64,000 nt of DNA. It comes from Shigella phage SH7. Positions 54,019-62,823 of the stretch are shown piece by piece. Location of the stretch: the sequence record KX828711; one strand, written 5' to 3'. The translations under genes were made by a program, and so were the position numbers. The notes below the pieces were generated by a model that worked only from the letters and a program-made list of their open reading frames with translations, did not search any database and had not been told where the DNA came from. Each line of letters starts with the position of its first letter. Within the stretch, counting starts at the first letter, position 1.

Positions 54019-54813
54019 ATGGCAGTAACAGGACCGTGGGTAGGATCGTCTGCAGTAGTTAATACAGGACAAAATTGGATGGGCGGCGCGGCCCAACGAT
54101 TAAGAATGGGTGCTCCATTTTGGATGAGTAATATGATAGGTCGATCTGTTGAAATAATTCACACGCTTGGAGCAGACCATAACTTCAATGGTCAATGGTT
54201 CCGAGATAGATGTTTTGAGGCAGGTAGTGCACCTATAGTGTTTAATATCACCGGAAATTTGGTATCATATTCCAGAGACGTTCCTTTATTCTTCATGTAC
54301 GGAGATACACCTAATGAATATGTTCAATTAAATATTGGTGCTGGAGCTCATATGTGGGGTAGAGGTGGACAAGGTGGATGGACTCATTCTGGTGGAGATG
54401 GTAATGGTCAACAGGGTGGACATTGTATTCAAAATGACATTGGTGGTCGATTAAGAATTAATAACGGCGGAGTAATTTGTGGCGGTGGTGGCGGTGGTGG
54501 CGGTATCGCTTATCGTCCTCACTCTGGTGCAAACTGGCAGGATATTGGTGGCGGTGGAGGAAGACCATTTGGCCCAGGAGGTGGCGGTGGTTATTCAGGA
54601 GGTGCTGCTTCTTATGACGGCCCAGGAGGTGGTTATAATTATGGTAATGCTCATTCTGGCCAGGGCGGTGATGCTGGCGCAAATGGACAAAATGCCTGGC
54701 ATGATGGCGGTAAAGTACTAAAAGTCGGTGCTGGCGGGGCCGCAGGTTATGCTGTCATAGGGTCTGCTCCAACATGGCAAAATGTTGGAATAATATATGG
54801 TCCAAGAGTATAA
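54019..54813 (+). CDS. 38: gp38 receptor-binding adhesin (T2-type, glycine-rich)
   Basis: ATG at 54019 ([20 protein letters not shown]...; ORF track begins at an upstream TTG); several Gly-rich motifs ([22 protein letters not shown]). Confidence 0.85.
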   Translation: MAVTGPWVGSSAVVNTGQNWMGGAAQRLRMGAPFWMSNMIGRSVEIIHTLGADHNFNGQWFRDRCFEAGSAPIVFNITGNLVSYSRDVPLFFMYGDTPNEYVQLNIGAGAHMWGRGGQGGWTHSGGDGNGQQGGHCIQNDIGGRLRINNGGVICGGGGGGGGIAYRPHSGANWQDIGGGGGRPFGPGGGGGYSGGAASYDGPGGGYNYGNAHSGQGGDAGANGQNAWHDGGKVLKVGAGGAAGYAVIGSAPTWQNVGIIYGPRV

Positions 54814-54843
54814 TTTGAATAAATATCCTTAAAAGGAGGGTCT

Positions 54844-55500
54844 ATGGCAGCACCTAGAATATCATTTTCGCCCTCTGATATTCTGTTTGGTGTTCTAGAT
54901 CGCTTGTTCAAAGATAACGCTACCGGGAAAGTTCTTGCTTCCAGGGTAGCTGTCGTAATTCTTTTGTTTATAATGGCGATTGTTTGGTATAGGGGAGATA
55001 GTTTCTTTGAGTACTATAAGCAATCAAAGTATGAAACATACAGTGAAATTATTGAAAAGGAAAGAAATGCACGCTTTGAATCTGTCGCCCTGGAACAACT
55101 CCAGATAGTTCATATATCATCTGAGGCAGACTTTAGTGCGGTGTATTCTTTCCGCCCTAAAAACTTAAACTATTTTGTTGATATTATAGCATATGAAGGA
55201 AAATTACCTTCAACAATAAGTGAAAAATCACTTGGAGGATATCCTGTTGATAAAACTATGGATGAATATGCAGTTCATTTAAATGGACGTCATTATTATT
55301 CCAACTCAAAATTTGCTTTTTTACCAACTAAAAAGCCTACTCCCGAAATAAATTACATGTACAGTTGTCCATATTTTAATTTGGATAATATCTATGCTGG
55401 AACAATAACTATGTACTGGTATAGAAATGATCATATAAGTAATGACCGCCTTGAATCAATATGTGCTCAGGCGGCCAGAATATTAGGAAGGGCTAAATAA
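54844..55500 (+). CDS. t: Holin T
   Basis: 218 aa as in T4 holin; one transmembrane segment (VAVVILLFIMAIVWY) and large periplasmic domain. Confidence 0.93.
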   Translation: MAAPRISFSPSDILFGVLDRLFKDNATGKVLASRVAVVILLFIMAIVWYRGDSFFEYYKQSKYETYSEIIEKERNARFESVALEQLQIVHISSEADFSAVYSFRPKNLNYFVDIIAYEGKLPSTISEKSLGGYPVDKTMDEYAVHLNGRHYYSNSKFAFLPTKKPTPEINYMYSCPYFNLDNIYAGTITMYWYRNDHISNDRLESICAQAARILGRAK

Positions 55501-55773
55501 TTATTTGTTTGTATACATCTCTAGATATCGATATACACCCTCAAAACCCTCGTTGAATTCGTCGATGAGGGTTTTCTTATCTTCTTGAGTTAATTCAGAA
55601 ACAATTTTACGGAATGAATTCTGATTTAATTTTCTACCTTCATGCGTTACTCCAATCTCATTCAGAAATGCAATAAAATTAGCACGATTTTCAACAATAT
55701 CTTCTCTGGAAAATTTAATTAAAATAGACGCAACAGTAATAATTTCACGAACTGTATCAATATTTTTATTCAT
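55501..55773 (-). CDS. asiA: AsiA anti-sigma-70 factor
   Basis: 90 aa as in T4 AsiA; MNKNIDTVREIITVASILIKFSRED. Confidence 0.93.
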   Translation of the reverse strand: MNKNIDTVREIITVASILIKFSREDIVENRANFIAFLNEIGVTHEGRKLNQNSFRKIVSELTQEDKKTLIDEFNEGFEGVYRYLEMYTNK

Positions 55774-55785
55774 TAACTATACCAC

Positions 55786-55938
55786 TCAATTAGTTGACTT
55801 TGTTATAATATCATCAGACGCTTGATTTGTAAACTGGTCTGTGTTATTTTCTTCAAAAATTTTTTCTACGAATTCCTTGAACGACTCGCGTTCCTGAGCT
55901 ACATTATGCTCGATTACTTTTTCAAGATTATGACTCAT
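55786..55938 (-). CDS. Possible small ORF between arn and asiA (below ORF-track cut-off)
   Basis: 50 aa MSHNLEKVIEHNVAQERESF...; its ATG overlaps the arn stop (ATGA). Confidence 0.35.
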   Translation of the reverse strand: MSHNLEKVIEHNVAQERESFKEFVEKIFEENNTDQFTNQASDDIITKSTN

Positions 55939-56213
55939 TCGAAATAATCTTCAATTTCATAATCATGGACATAAATCATTATAGTTTTTAATACATCATC
56001 AATACTTTTTCCTGGAGCTGGAATTACGTAAAAATATCCTGCTTTTGAGAGGTCTTTATAAGTTCCAATCAAGAAATCATTATTCTCAAGATGCAGTTCT
56101 TCAACTAATTCATTAACAATTGAGTGGTATAAATTTGGTAAAAACTTATATAGCTTTTCTAGAATATCAATTTTGATTGTGTATTGAACCACAGACTGAG
56201 AATCAATAATCAT
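55935..56213 (-). CDS. arn: Arn anti-restriction protein (by position and length)
   Basis: 92 aa acidic protein downstream of asiA, as T4 Arn. Confidence 0.7.
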   Translation of the reverse strand: MIIDSQSVVQYTIKIDILEKLYKFLPNLYHSIVNELVEELHLENNDFLIGTYKDLSKAGYFYVIPAPGKSIDDVLKTIMIYVHDYEIEDYFE

Positions 56214-56296
56214 AGACCTTCCCCTTATGTTTCTGTTTGCGATTAGATTCTTTAAACGCTTTCTTCTTATCCTTATGGACAGAAGCTTTATTAAAA

Positions 56297-56515
56297 TTAT
56301 GTTTTGCGACTAAATTGTTCATAGTGCTGAATTACCTCTCTCAAACATTTGCATGTGAATGAAAACTTTTTAGCTACACCACATTCAAATATATGTTCTC
56401 TTAAATCACGTGTGTCAGTATATCCCATCTCAACAATAAAATGTCGTATTAAATTTTTATCTTTATCATTGAGAGAATTAAAATAATCGGATTTTGAATT
56501 AATTTCCCTGGCCAA
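56297..56515 (-). CDS. Hypothetical protein (arn-motA interval)
   Basis: 72 aa ORF. Confidence 0.5.
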   Translation of the reverse strand: MAREINSKSDYFNSLNDKDKNLIRHFIVEMGYTDTRDLREHIFECGVAKKFSFTCKCLREVIQHYEQFSRKT

Positions 56516-56795
56516 ATTGAATCACCTTCAGTTGACGTTTTAGCTCTTTTATCATTTCTTCGTTCATCGCAATATAAAGATCGCGTAAAGCAGGTTTTAG
56601 CATTCCATTTATTGGGGAACTAAATGGACATACATAATCTTTTCCTACGAGCTTTTTAGTGAATTCAATATTACAGAACTGAAATGCCGGCTCATTGGTA
56701 TAAATTCCCCAATTAGTTGACATCATTTTATTGGCATATTCCAGTGCCTGGATTTGATTCATAATTCCATCAATTTGAAACTGTTTAATATTCAT
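56499..56795 (-). CDS. Hypothetical protein (arn-motA interval)
   Basis: 98 aa ORF. Confidence 0.55.
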   Translation of the reverse strand: MNIKQFQIDGIMNQIQALEYANKMMSTNWGIYTNEPAFQFCNIEFTKKLVGKDYVCPFSSPINGMLKPALRDLYIAMNEEMIKELKRQLKVIQFGQGN

Positions 56796-57256
56796 TAGTA
56801 AAGGTCCTCAGAGTAAAGTTCTTTTTCACTACCACCACGTTCAATACGTACTTGTCCAGCGTAAGTTGCAATAATCATTGCTTCTTCACGTGTCCAATAA
56901 TTACTGTATTGGTCAATAAACCCTTGGTCATCATCACAAACTTGTTGAGTAACTAATTGAGGTTTAACTACATCTAAAACTTCTGCCATATCTTTAGAAT
57001 AATGACGAGCACCTGGAATAATAAGAGTTCGTCCATCTTTTAATTTAAAACGGTTGGCTGCGCAAACAATTCGTCGTTGATACTTTTGATTTTCGTCCCA
57101 ATATGCAGACTGCCAACAGATTTCAGGAACTTCTTTCAGAATATCTTCTTCTGTGCATTTATAACCATGTGCTTTAAATTTTTCAACAAGACTTTCTGGA
57201 GTTTCACGAGATAAAGGCACATTCAGCATTTTTAAACGATTAATAAATGGGTTCAT
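56795..57256 (-). CDS. Hypothetical protein (arn-motA interval)
   Basis: 153 aa ORF; no recognisable motif. Confidence 0.6.
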   Translation of the reverse strand: MNPFINRLKMLNVPLSRETPESLVEKFKAHGYKCTEEDILKEVPEICWQSAYWDENQKYQRRIVCAANRFKLKDGRTLIIPGARHYSKDMAEVLDVVKPQLVTQQVCDDDQGFIDQYSNYWTREEAMIIATYAGQVRIERGGSEKELYSEDLY

Positions 57257-57582
57257 TTAAACCATCCTTTAATACGCTGCCACAAAGTTTTCTGTTGAGC
57301 TTTGTTAACACCAATTGAGCGAATAACTGGTTGAGATTCCTGGAATTCTTTATAATCAGCAAGGTAAATTTCGTAAGCTGCATCCGTAAATGAACTTATC
57401 GCCGCCATAAAATTATTGCGAATACCTACTGGAGCATCTTTACTTTCACGAATAATCATGTATTTACCAGTCTTAATCTTTACGATAGTTCCAAGATAAG
57501 CTCCATGATACCAGATGTCCCACCCCTCTTGAGTGGGTTCTGCACAACGACGAAGTTCATTGACAATTTCTAACTTGTTCAT
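57253..57582 (-). CDS. Hypothetical protein (arn-motA interval)
   Basis: 109 aa ORF. Confidence 0.6.
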   Translation of the reverse strand: MNKLEIVNELRRCAEPTQEGWDIWYHGAYLGTIVKIKTGKYMIIRESKDAPVGIRNNFMAAISSFTDAAYEIYLADYKEFQESQPVIRSIGVNKAQQKTLWQRIKGWFK

Positions 57583-57592
57583 TATTTATTCC

Positions 57593-58228
57593 TCACAGTT
57601 CAGATGCTACAGTGATTACAGCTTCAATGTTTTCTGCCGAGCGTTTAATGTCAAGATACACATTACCGTTTTTAGCGATTTTACATGACATTCCGATATC
57701 AGTAAATTTCTGAATATGATGTTCCATCATTTTGTATCCAAAAATTCGCATATTTCCATTGTTGTTAATTTCAAAATTACGAATTCCGTGAGTGCGTTTT
57801 TCTAAAATAGCGAGATAATTACTACGATAAGTTTCAACCTTTTTAAGAACAAATCCATTTTCATCTAAAAGTTTTAACATGAGGTCTTTATCTTCTTCCA
57901 TATCGGAAGTAATCTCGCGAGCTTTACGAGTTGCTCGTTTTTTCAGCAGTTCCGGAGCATTTTCCTGTGCATATAAAGTTGCTGCATTTGAAATAATATC
58001 CTGAGCTTCACCAGTAATGATTAATCCATCACCAGATTTCTCCACCAGGCCTTTTTTAATCAATACCCCAATATTACTATTAACTACTGCGTTACCTAAA
58101 TCTGGATGCACCTCACGAACTTCTGCAGCTGTAATGAAATCTTTCTTAGCAATGGTAATTAAAATCGTAGCAGTTTTTTCATTCAGAACATCGTTAGAAG
58201 CTTTGATGATGTAAGTTACTTTAGACAT
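57593..58228 (-). CDS. motA: MotA middle-transcription activator
   Basis: 211 aa as in T4 MotA; MSKVTYIIKASNDVLNEKTATILITIAKKDF. Confidence 0.93.
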   Translation of the reverse strand: MSKVTYIIKASNDVLNEKTATILITIAKKDFITAAEVREVHPDLGNAVVNSNIGVLIKKGLVEKSGDGLIITGEAQDIISNAATLYAQENAPELLKKRATRKAREITSDMEEDKDLMLKLLDENGFVLKKVETYRSNYLAILEKRTHGIRNFEINNNGNMRIFGYKMMEHHIQKFTDIGMSCKIAKNGNVYLDIKRSAENIEAVITVASEL

Positions 58229-58269
58229 TTTCTAATCTCCGTAATTCTGTATCAGTAGTTGATAGTTGT

Positions 58270-58299
58270 ATAGTACCACAGTATGCTTTGGTTGTAAAC
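58270..58299 (-). promoter_or_regulatory. Early promoter for motA (terminator-plus-promoter cassette)
   Basis: Minus strand GTTTAC then 18 nt then TACTAT with the conserved upstream TTTTTCACAAAAC element. Confidence 0.6.
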
Positions 58300-58329
58300 C
58301 GTTTTGTGAAAAAATTTTTGAAATAAAAA

Positions 58330-58349
58330 GGGAGAGCCAAGGCTCTCCC
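58330..58349 (-). terminator. Rho-independent terminator after the gene 52 operon
   Basis: GGGAGAGCC/GGCTCTCCC 9 bp stem followed on the minus strand by TTTTTATTT. Confidence 0.7.
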
Positions 58350-58354
58350 TAAAA

Positions 58355-58504
58355 TTACTGCATGACTGTGATAACTGTCATGATAACACGTTGAATTCCG
58401 AATGCAAGAAGACCTCCTGCTACGGCTGGAACAACACCTAAACCCGCCAGTAAAATGCTACCAGATACTAATGCAGTGCTTGTAATACCTATGAATGGAC
58501 TCAT
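58355..58504 (-). CDS. Small hydrophobic membrane protein (below ORF-track cut-off)
   Basis: 49 aa MSPFIGITSTALVSGSILLAGLGVVPAVAGGLLAFG...; ATG overlaps the gene 52 stop (ATGA). Confidence 0.45.
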   Translation of the reverse strand: MSPFIGITSTALVSGSILLAGLGVVPAVAGGLLAFGIQRVIMTVITVMQ

Positions 58505-59829
58505 TTGATTTCCTCTAAATCTTTAGTGTATTCAGTAACTACATCAGTAGTTTTCCAATATTCGTTTTCTTCTTTTTTAGCTTTAGCTTCTTCAGCAAGT
58601 TTCTTCGCTTCATCGGAAGTCATATGAAAAATATTCATTCCAACTAGTTTATCAACATAAGAAGAATACATATCGATTTTCGAAAGTTCTTCGGTCAGTT
58701 CTTTACGAGTTTTACCCTGTACAACAATTTCACCTGAAATTACTTTCTTAATGAAATGTGCCTTGGCAAAGGCTAAACGAAATGCTGATTCAGTTTCTTT
58801 AATTTTGTTATCAATTCGTTTTTGGACATAAGTTTTACGAACTTCAACGAAGTCTTCAATTAAATCGACTACGTTATCGTAAACTTGTAGTTTTCCTTTC
58901 TCATTAATAACCGTAATATTCTGAGAACGACGCTCAATCAACCCGAAGTCTTTCATAATTTTTGCATGGCGTTCTTCTTCGTTATCGCTCAAAGAATATT
59001 CTTTACGGAATTTAACTTTAAAGCCAAAACCATGCTCACCACAAGCATCATCCCATGTAATGAAGCCTTTATCTTCAAGCGGGTCTAAGATTTTACTCAC
59101 ATAAGTTTCACGATCATACTTATACGGAATCTCGGTGATATGCATTTGAGTTCGTGAAGTAAACTTGTACGTTCCACGAATTTCATATTGACCATCAATT
59201 TCAACGACTTCACCGCGAAATTCTGGGAATTCTACCTTCGGTTTAGTTACTTTCTTTCCTTGAAGAGCTTGTAGTACAGCTTTCTTGACAGAAGAAACAC
59301 TATGAGGAAGAATGTAAGTTGCATAACCGGTTGCAATACCGGAAACACCATTAAGAAGAACAGTAGGAATAATAGGCAAATAGAAAGCAGGCGGAATGTG
59401 TTCTTTATCTTGATGTACTGGAGCATATTCAGTATCTTTATATACGTTATAGAAATTTTTACTTACACGAGCAAAAATATAACGACTAGCTGCTGCCTTT
59501 TGGACAGTACGAGAACCAAAGTTTCCTTGACCATCTAACAGAGGAAAATTATTATTCCAAGTGTTAGCCATTAAAGCTCCCGCATCTTGCGCAGAGTTTT
59601 CACCATGATGATATCCAAGGTCCGCTACACCACCTGCAATAGAAGCGAGTTTGTGAAACTTATCTTTATTTCCTCGTGCCAAATCAAGAGCTCGAGCAAT
59701 AACAAATCGTTGAACTGGCTTAAATCCATCAATCATATTTGGAATAGCACGATTTTCAACCGTGTACATAGCATAAGCCAATGCTTCATTATCAATGATA
59801 CTTTTTAAATCGCGATTATTCAGTTGCAT
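58501..59829 (-). CDS. 52: DNA topoisomerase II medium subunit gp52
   Basis: 442 aa as in T4 gp52; gyrase-A-like N-terminal region. Confidence 0.95.
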   Translation of the reverse strand: MQLNNRDLKSIIDNEALAYAMYTVENRAIPNMIDGFKPVQRFVIARALDLARGNKDKFHKLASIAGGVADLGYHHGENSAQDAGALMANTWNNNFPLLDGQGNFGSRTVQKAAASRYIFARVSKNFYNVYKDTEYAPVHQDKEHIPPAFYLPIIPTVLLNGVSGIATGYATYILPHSVSSVKKAVLQALQGKKVTKPKVEFPEFRGEVVEIDGQYEIRGTYKFTSRTQMHITEIPYKYDRETYVSKILDPLEDKGFITWDDACGEHGFGFKVKFRKEYSLSDNEEERHAKIMKDFGLIERRSQNITVINEKGKLQVYDNVVDLIEDFVEVRKTYVQKRIDNKIKETESAFRLAFAKAHFIKKVISGEIVVQGKTRKELTEELSKIDMYSSYVDKLVGMNIFHMTSDEAKKLAEEAKAKKEENEYWKTTDVVTEYTKDLEEIK

Positions 59830-59833
59830 AAAT

Positions 59834-59974
59834 TTACCATACTAGTGAATGTAGTGCCATAATAACATCAGAAATGAAAAGCACGACTTGAATCAATCCG
59901 AACATTACTCCATAATATAGTGCTACTAATAAAGTAGCAAGGGCTAATGAATAGCCCAAGATTTTCTTAATCAT
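59834..59974 (-). CDS. Small hydrophobic membrane protein (below ORF-track cut-off)
   Basis: 46 aa MIKKILGYSLALATLLVALYYGVMFGLIQVV...; reading frame closes cleanly. Confidence 0.4.
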   Translation of the reverse strand: MIKKILGYSLALATLLVALYYGVMFGLIQVVLFISDVIMALHSLVW

Positions 59975-60125
59975 TAGTAGATAACAACACAAATGTTAAA
60001 TATGCACACATACCCTGGGCTAAAGCCTGTGAAAACACACTGCTAGCATCGATACAGATAGTTAAAACACATGCTACTATCCAACAAATAAATGAAATAA
60101 CTCCTAATAATTTTGCAATATTCAT
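59967..60125 (-). CDS. Small hydrophobic membrane protein, possibly Ac-like
   Basis: 52 aa MNIAKLLGVISFICWIVACVLTICID...; T4 ac lies at this position with similar size. Confidence 0.4.
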   Translation of the reverse strand: MNIAKLLGVISFICWIVACVLTICIDASSVFSQALAQGMCAYLTFVLLSTND

Positions 60126-60132
60126 ATTTTCC

Positions 60133-60213
60133 TCACTGGCGTCCGAAGACGCCTTTAGTTTTAAGATTATTACGATAGAACTGCATCACGTGTTCGTTGT
60201 GGAAATTACTCAT
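60133..60213 (-). CDS. stp: Stp peptide (activator of host PrrC anticodon nuclease)
   Basis: 26 aa [29 protein letters not shown] matching T4 Stp; start overlaps the ndd stop (TAATG); absent from ORF track because of size. Confidence 0.8.
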
Positions 60214-60671
60214 TAATATGCCTGCAAAACGAATTTAAAGTTATCAGCCAACATACGGTTCATTTCTTCAAGTGTTTGATACTCAGAATGATGATTACGA
60301 GTAAACGCTAAAGCTAACTGTCCTTTTCCAAATCCCGTCGTCAGAGGTTTCATCTTAGAAGCAGGCAGATAAAATACTGTGTATGGAACATTGTTATTTG
60401 CAATAGTACGCGCAAGCTGAGACCGACGTTGACGAATATGACTTAGAACTGCACTGAATCCTTGCTTAGAACGTTGATTACCTACATAAAATCGTGCTGA
60501 CACACATGGATTACTAAATGGATGACCATCTAATTTACTTACTAAAAAGTAAAATCCAGGTTTAGATAAAATATCTTTATGCGGAGTTCCCAAAAACCAC
60601 TCACCACCCTTGATTGTACCAATAACAGTAGCACCTGCATTATTCAGATCAGTAACAGTCATGTATTTCAT
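60213..60671 (-). CDS. ndd: Ndd nucleoid disruption protein
   Basis: Start trimmed to [18 protein letters not shown] (152 aa; T4 Ndd about 151 aa). Confidence 0.9.
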
Positions 60672-60731
60672 ATTGATTTCCTCTAAATTATTTTCTACTC
60701 CAAGGCCGCATGAATTCATACGGCCGATAGA

Positions 60732-60947
60732 TTAATCGTCGCAGTCGACGCTCAATTCCCAAAACTCTTCTACAGTATAAGTTTCAGTATCATTTTCAAT
60801 ACAGAAACGTTCATTACTGTTATTTGCTAAAGTAGCGTTAACTGTCATTTTCTCGCTAGTGCTCTTAAGAGGTGAAATACGAATTAACTGATCACCATTA
60901 TCTAAACAAAAAATTTCACCAACTTTTACATCTTTAAAAATTTTCAT
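60732..60947 (-). CDS. Hypothetical protein
   Basis: 71 aa ORF. Confidence 0.55.
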   Translation of the reverse strand: MKIFKDVKVGEIFCLDNGDQLIRISPLKSTSEKMTVNATLANNSNERFCIENDTETYTVEEFWELSVDCDD

Positions 60948-61062
60948 AATTCACCTCAGGGAGTATAAAATCCAAATGCAGTTGTTGACCATCCCATCCA
61001 ATATGGGATATTTGCGCCAATGTAAAATACAAGAATATAAAACCAAATGCTTAGTAAATTCA

Positions 61063-61281
61063 TTATTTTACACCATTCCAAATTGTTTCAACCACAGATT
61101 TCAAACCATTTTGGTGAATATCCATTCCGACAACTGCCATTAAATAAATTCCAACTACAACTGAACCCAAGGCGAAAATCAACATGAAAATGAATAAAGC
61201 CGGAAAAATATTATCGAAAAACCATTCCATAAATGTAAAAGCACTGCGTTTACGCTTCATATTTTCCTCACATAAATCCAA
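61063..61281 (-). CDS. Hypothetical membrane protein
   Basis: 72 aa; hydrophobic segment FPALFIFMLIFALGSVVVGIYLMAVVG. Confidence 0.5.
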   Translation of the reverse strand: MDLCEENMKRKRSAFTFMEWFFDNIFPALFIFMLIFALGSVVVGIYLMAVVGMDIHQNGLKSVVETIWNGVK

Positions 61282-61381
61282 AGTAAGCGTTTAATACATC
61301 AATCATTAAAACGATTGGGAATATACTCAAAACTATTAATATTATAACTACATTCCATATAGCTTTAACAATCTTTTTCAT
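61268..61381 (-). CDS. Small hydrophobic membrane protein
   Basis: Start trimmed to the ATG at 61381 (MKKIVKAIWNVVIILIVLSIFPIVLMID...), 37 aa; the ORF-track extension covers the promoter. Confidence 0.4.
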   Translation of the reverse strand: MKKIVKAIWNVVIILIVLSIFPIVLMIDVLNAYFGFM

Positions 61382-61409
61382 TTTGTGTTCCTCCGTAGTT
61401 GATAGGGTA

Positions 61410-61439
61410 ATACTACCACGGAGGAACAGTCTTGTAAAC
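61410..61439 (-). promoter_or_regulatory. Early promoter for the 37 aa membrane ORF
   Basis: Minus strand GTTTAC then 18 nt then TAGTAT; 9 bp inverted repeat TTCCTCCGT/ACGGAGGAA (61388-61426) brackets the -10. Confidence 0.55.
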
Positions 61440-61624
61440 AACTTTTTTAAAAATATTCGTAATAAATGTGAATACCAACTACTACCGCTGAAACCTGTGC
61501 AACCCACCACGCACAAGCAATAAGTACAGAATTCAAAATTTTCATAATAACCTCATCACAAAAGTAAATGTTAAACAAATTACTGGAATACTAATTAACC
61601 AAACAAAACACCACCATAATGAAC

Positions 61625-61888
61625 TCATAGTTCAATCTCAGCGATTTTCATTTCATTACTATTAATAGCCGCTTTAAGACTATCTGAAAGAATTACATTC
61701 CAGTGGTCATTCATATGGCCATTAACTAAGCGTGTAATTTCTTCAGGAGTTGAAAAATAAGGTTGATCAGACTCCCAATGTGATAATCCTAAGCGAGTAT
61801 AAATCATGCCTTCATCATCGCTAGAATATTCAACTGACACAAACTCATCAGTTATTTTATGTTTAGCGTAATAAAATTTAAATTTCAT
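61625..61888 (-). CDS. Hypothetical protein
   Basis: Start trimmed to the ATG at 61888 (MKFKFYYAKHK...), 87 aa; the ORF-track extension to 61987 covers the promoter. Confidence 0.55.
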   Translation of the reverse strand: MKFKFYYAKHKITDEFVSVEYSSDDEGMIYTRLGLSHWESDQPYFSTPEEITRLVNGHMNDHWNVILSDSLKAAINSNEMKIAEIEL

Positions 61889-61922
61889 TTTATTCTCCAA
61901 ATCCATATCAGTTGATAGTTGT

Positions 61923-61952
61923 ATAGTACCACGGTCCTTGTGGTATGTAAAC
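61923..61952 (-). promoter_or_regulatory. Early promoter (third copy of the conserved promoter cassette)
   Basis: Minus strand GTTTAC then 18 nt then TACTAT, near-identical over about 60 nt to the promoters at 41576-41605 and 58270-58299. Confidence 0.6.
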
Positions 61953-61968
61953 TGTTTTGTGAAATTTT

Positions 61969-62526
61969 TTAAATGGAAAGATACCATCCGTTGTAGTTGC
62001 TTTTTCTTACAACCTTACGAAGGTCTTCTCTGTCACCGATGAACTTCGGAGTGTACTGGATGACACCTGGATGAATTTCTTTAGTGTTGAATATAATTAT
62101 ACAGTCAGCGACTTGATGATTTAGAATGGGTCCTAGATTTATTCCAGAACCGTATGGATACTCTCCGCTGCATCCTGTTGTTACAGAAATCCAACGTGAG
62201 TCAGTTTGGTGTGTCTTAACTTCTACACGAAGCCCGCAGTATCTTGGATGCGCCAATACATCCCATGCGTATGTATACGGGTCATTAACATCTTCTTGAC
62301 CTTTATTGACATATCCGCTTAGCCAATCTGCCACAAAAAACTCTGCGTACACAGCGATACGGCATCTTTCGATAACTTCTGCTTTATCCTGGTTCGGGTT
62401 TTGTTTTAAAGAGTATCTTGCTGTATCAGCAATTTTGACCTTCATTTCACTAGTCAAGTCACTGTTCGATAGGGTAAATGTCGGAATCTGAAATAGTCTC
62501 TGTAAACCCGGATTCGTTTTCTGCAT
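61969..62526 (-). CDS. denB: Endonuclease IV (DenB)
   Basis: 185 aa as in T4 DenB; lies between rIIB and ndd. Confidence 0.9.
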   Translation of the reverse strand: MQKTNPGLQRLFQIPTFTLSNSDLTSEMKVKIADTARYSLKQNPNQDKAEVIERCRIAVYAEFFVADWLSGYVNKGQEDVNDPYTYAWDVLAHPRYCGLRVEVKTHQTDSRWISVTTGCSGEYPYGSGINLGPILNHQVADCIIIFNTKEIHPGVIQYTPKFIGDREDLRKVVRKSNYNGWYLSI

Positions 62527-62788
62527 TTAGACTTTCCTTTTTACCGCTAAGATAGGCGTTATATACTTTAAGAGTGCCATAATAAATTCGGTCATTTTCA
62601 TCTAAAGACTCGCGGTCGAGTTCATCGAGCTCCTTTTTATCCATGACTATAACATCATTACAGTAAAGAAACCCAAGTTTTTCATGCCCAAACTCGAATT
62701 TATTGCAGTACACAATATTAGCGTAATGATTACCATGTAGAGAAATTTCTTTTATGTCGGTGTCACCGATATTCATACAATAAATCAT
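62459..62788 (-). CDS. Hypothetical protein (denB-upstream ORF)
   Basis: Start trimmed to the ATG at 62788 (MIYCMNIGDTDIK...) behind the RBS AAGGAAAATT; 109 aa. Confidence 0.55.
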   Translation of the reverse strand: MIYCMNIGDTDIKEISLHGNHYANIVYCNKFEFGHEKLGFLYCNDVIVMDKKELDELDRESLDENDRIYYGTLKVYNAYLSGKKESLNAENESGFTETISDSDIYPIEQ

Positions 62789-62806
62789 AATTTTCCTTAA
62801 AACAAA

Positions 62807-62820
62807 AGGGCCGAAGCCCT
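62807..62820 (-). terminator. C(UUCG)G hairpin terminator
   Basis: AGGGC-UUCG-GCCCU in transcript sense followed by TTTTGTTTT. Confidence 0.55.
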
Positions 62821-62823
62821 CTT

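Noticed and set aside
54458-54721. ORFs 54458-54682 (-) and 54479-54721 (+) with His/Arg-rich or Val/Ala-rich translations
   Set aside because: Frame artefacts of the GGN-rich glycine-motif region of gene 38
56203-56322. 39-codon basic ORF overlapping the arn start and the end of the 72 aa ORF
   Set aside because: Overlaps two better-supported ORFs in a different frame and has no clear RBS; possible but not supportable from sequence alone
61625-61987. 5' extensions of ORF-track entries (61625-61987, 61268-61516, 62459-62857, 62824-63045, 23991-24329, 25196-25414 and the N-terminal extensions of rnlA, denA, nrdB, gp33, rnh, ndd, uvsW.1, gene 38)
   Set aside because: The extended starts use non-ATG codons or run through promoters, terminators or hairpins; internal ATGs with an RBS or a match to the T4 N-terminus were used instead
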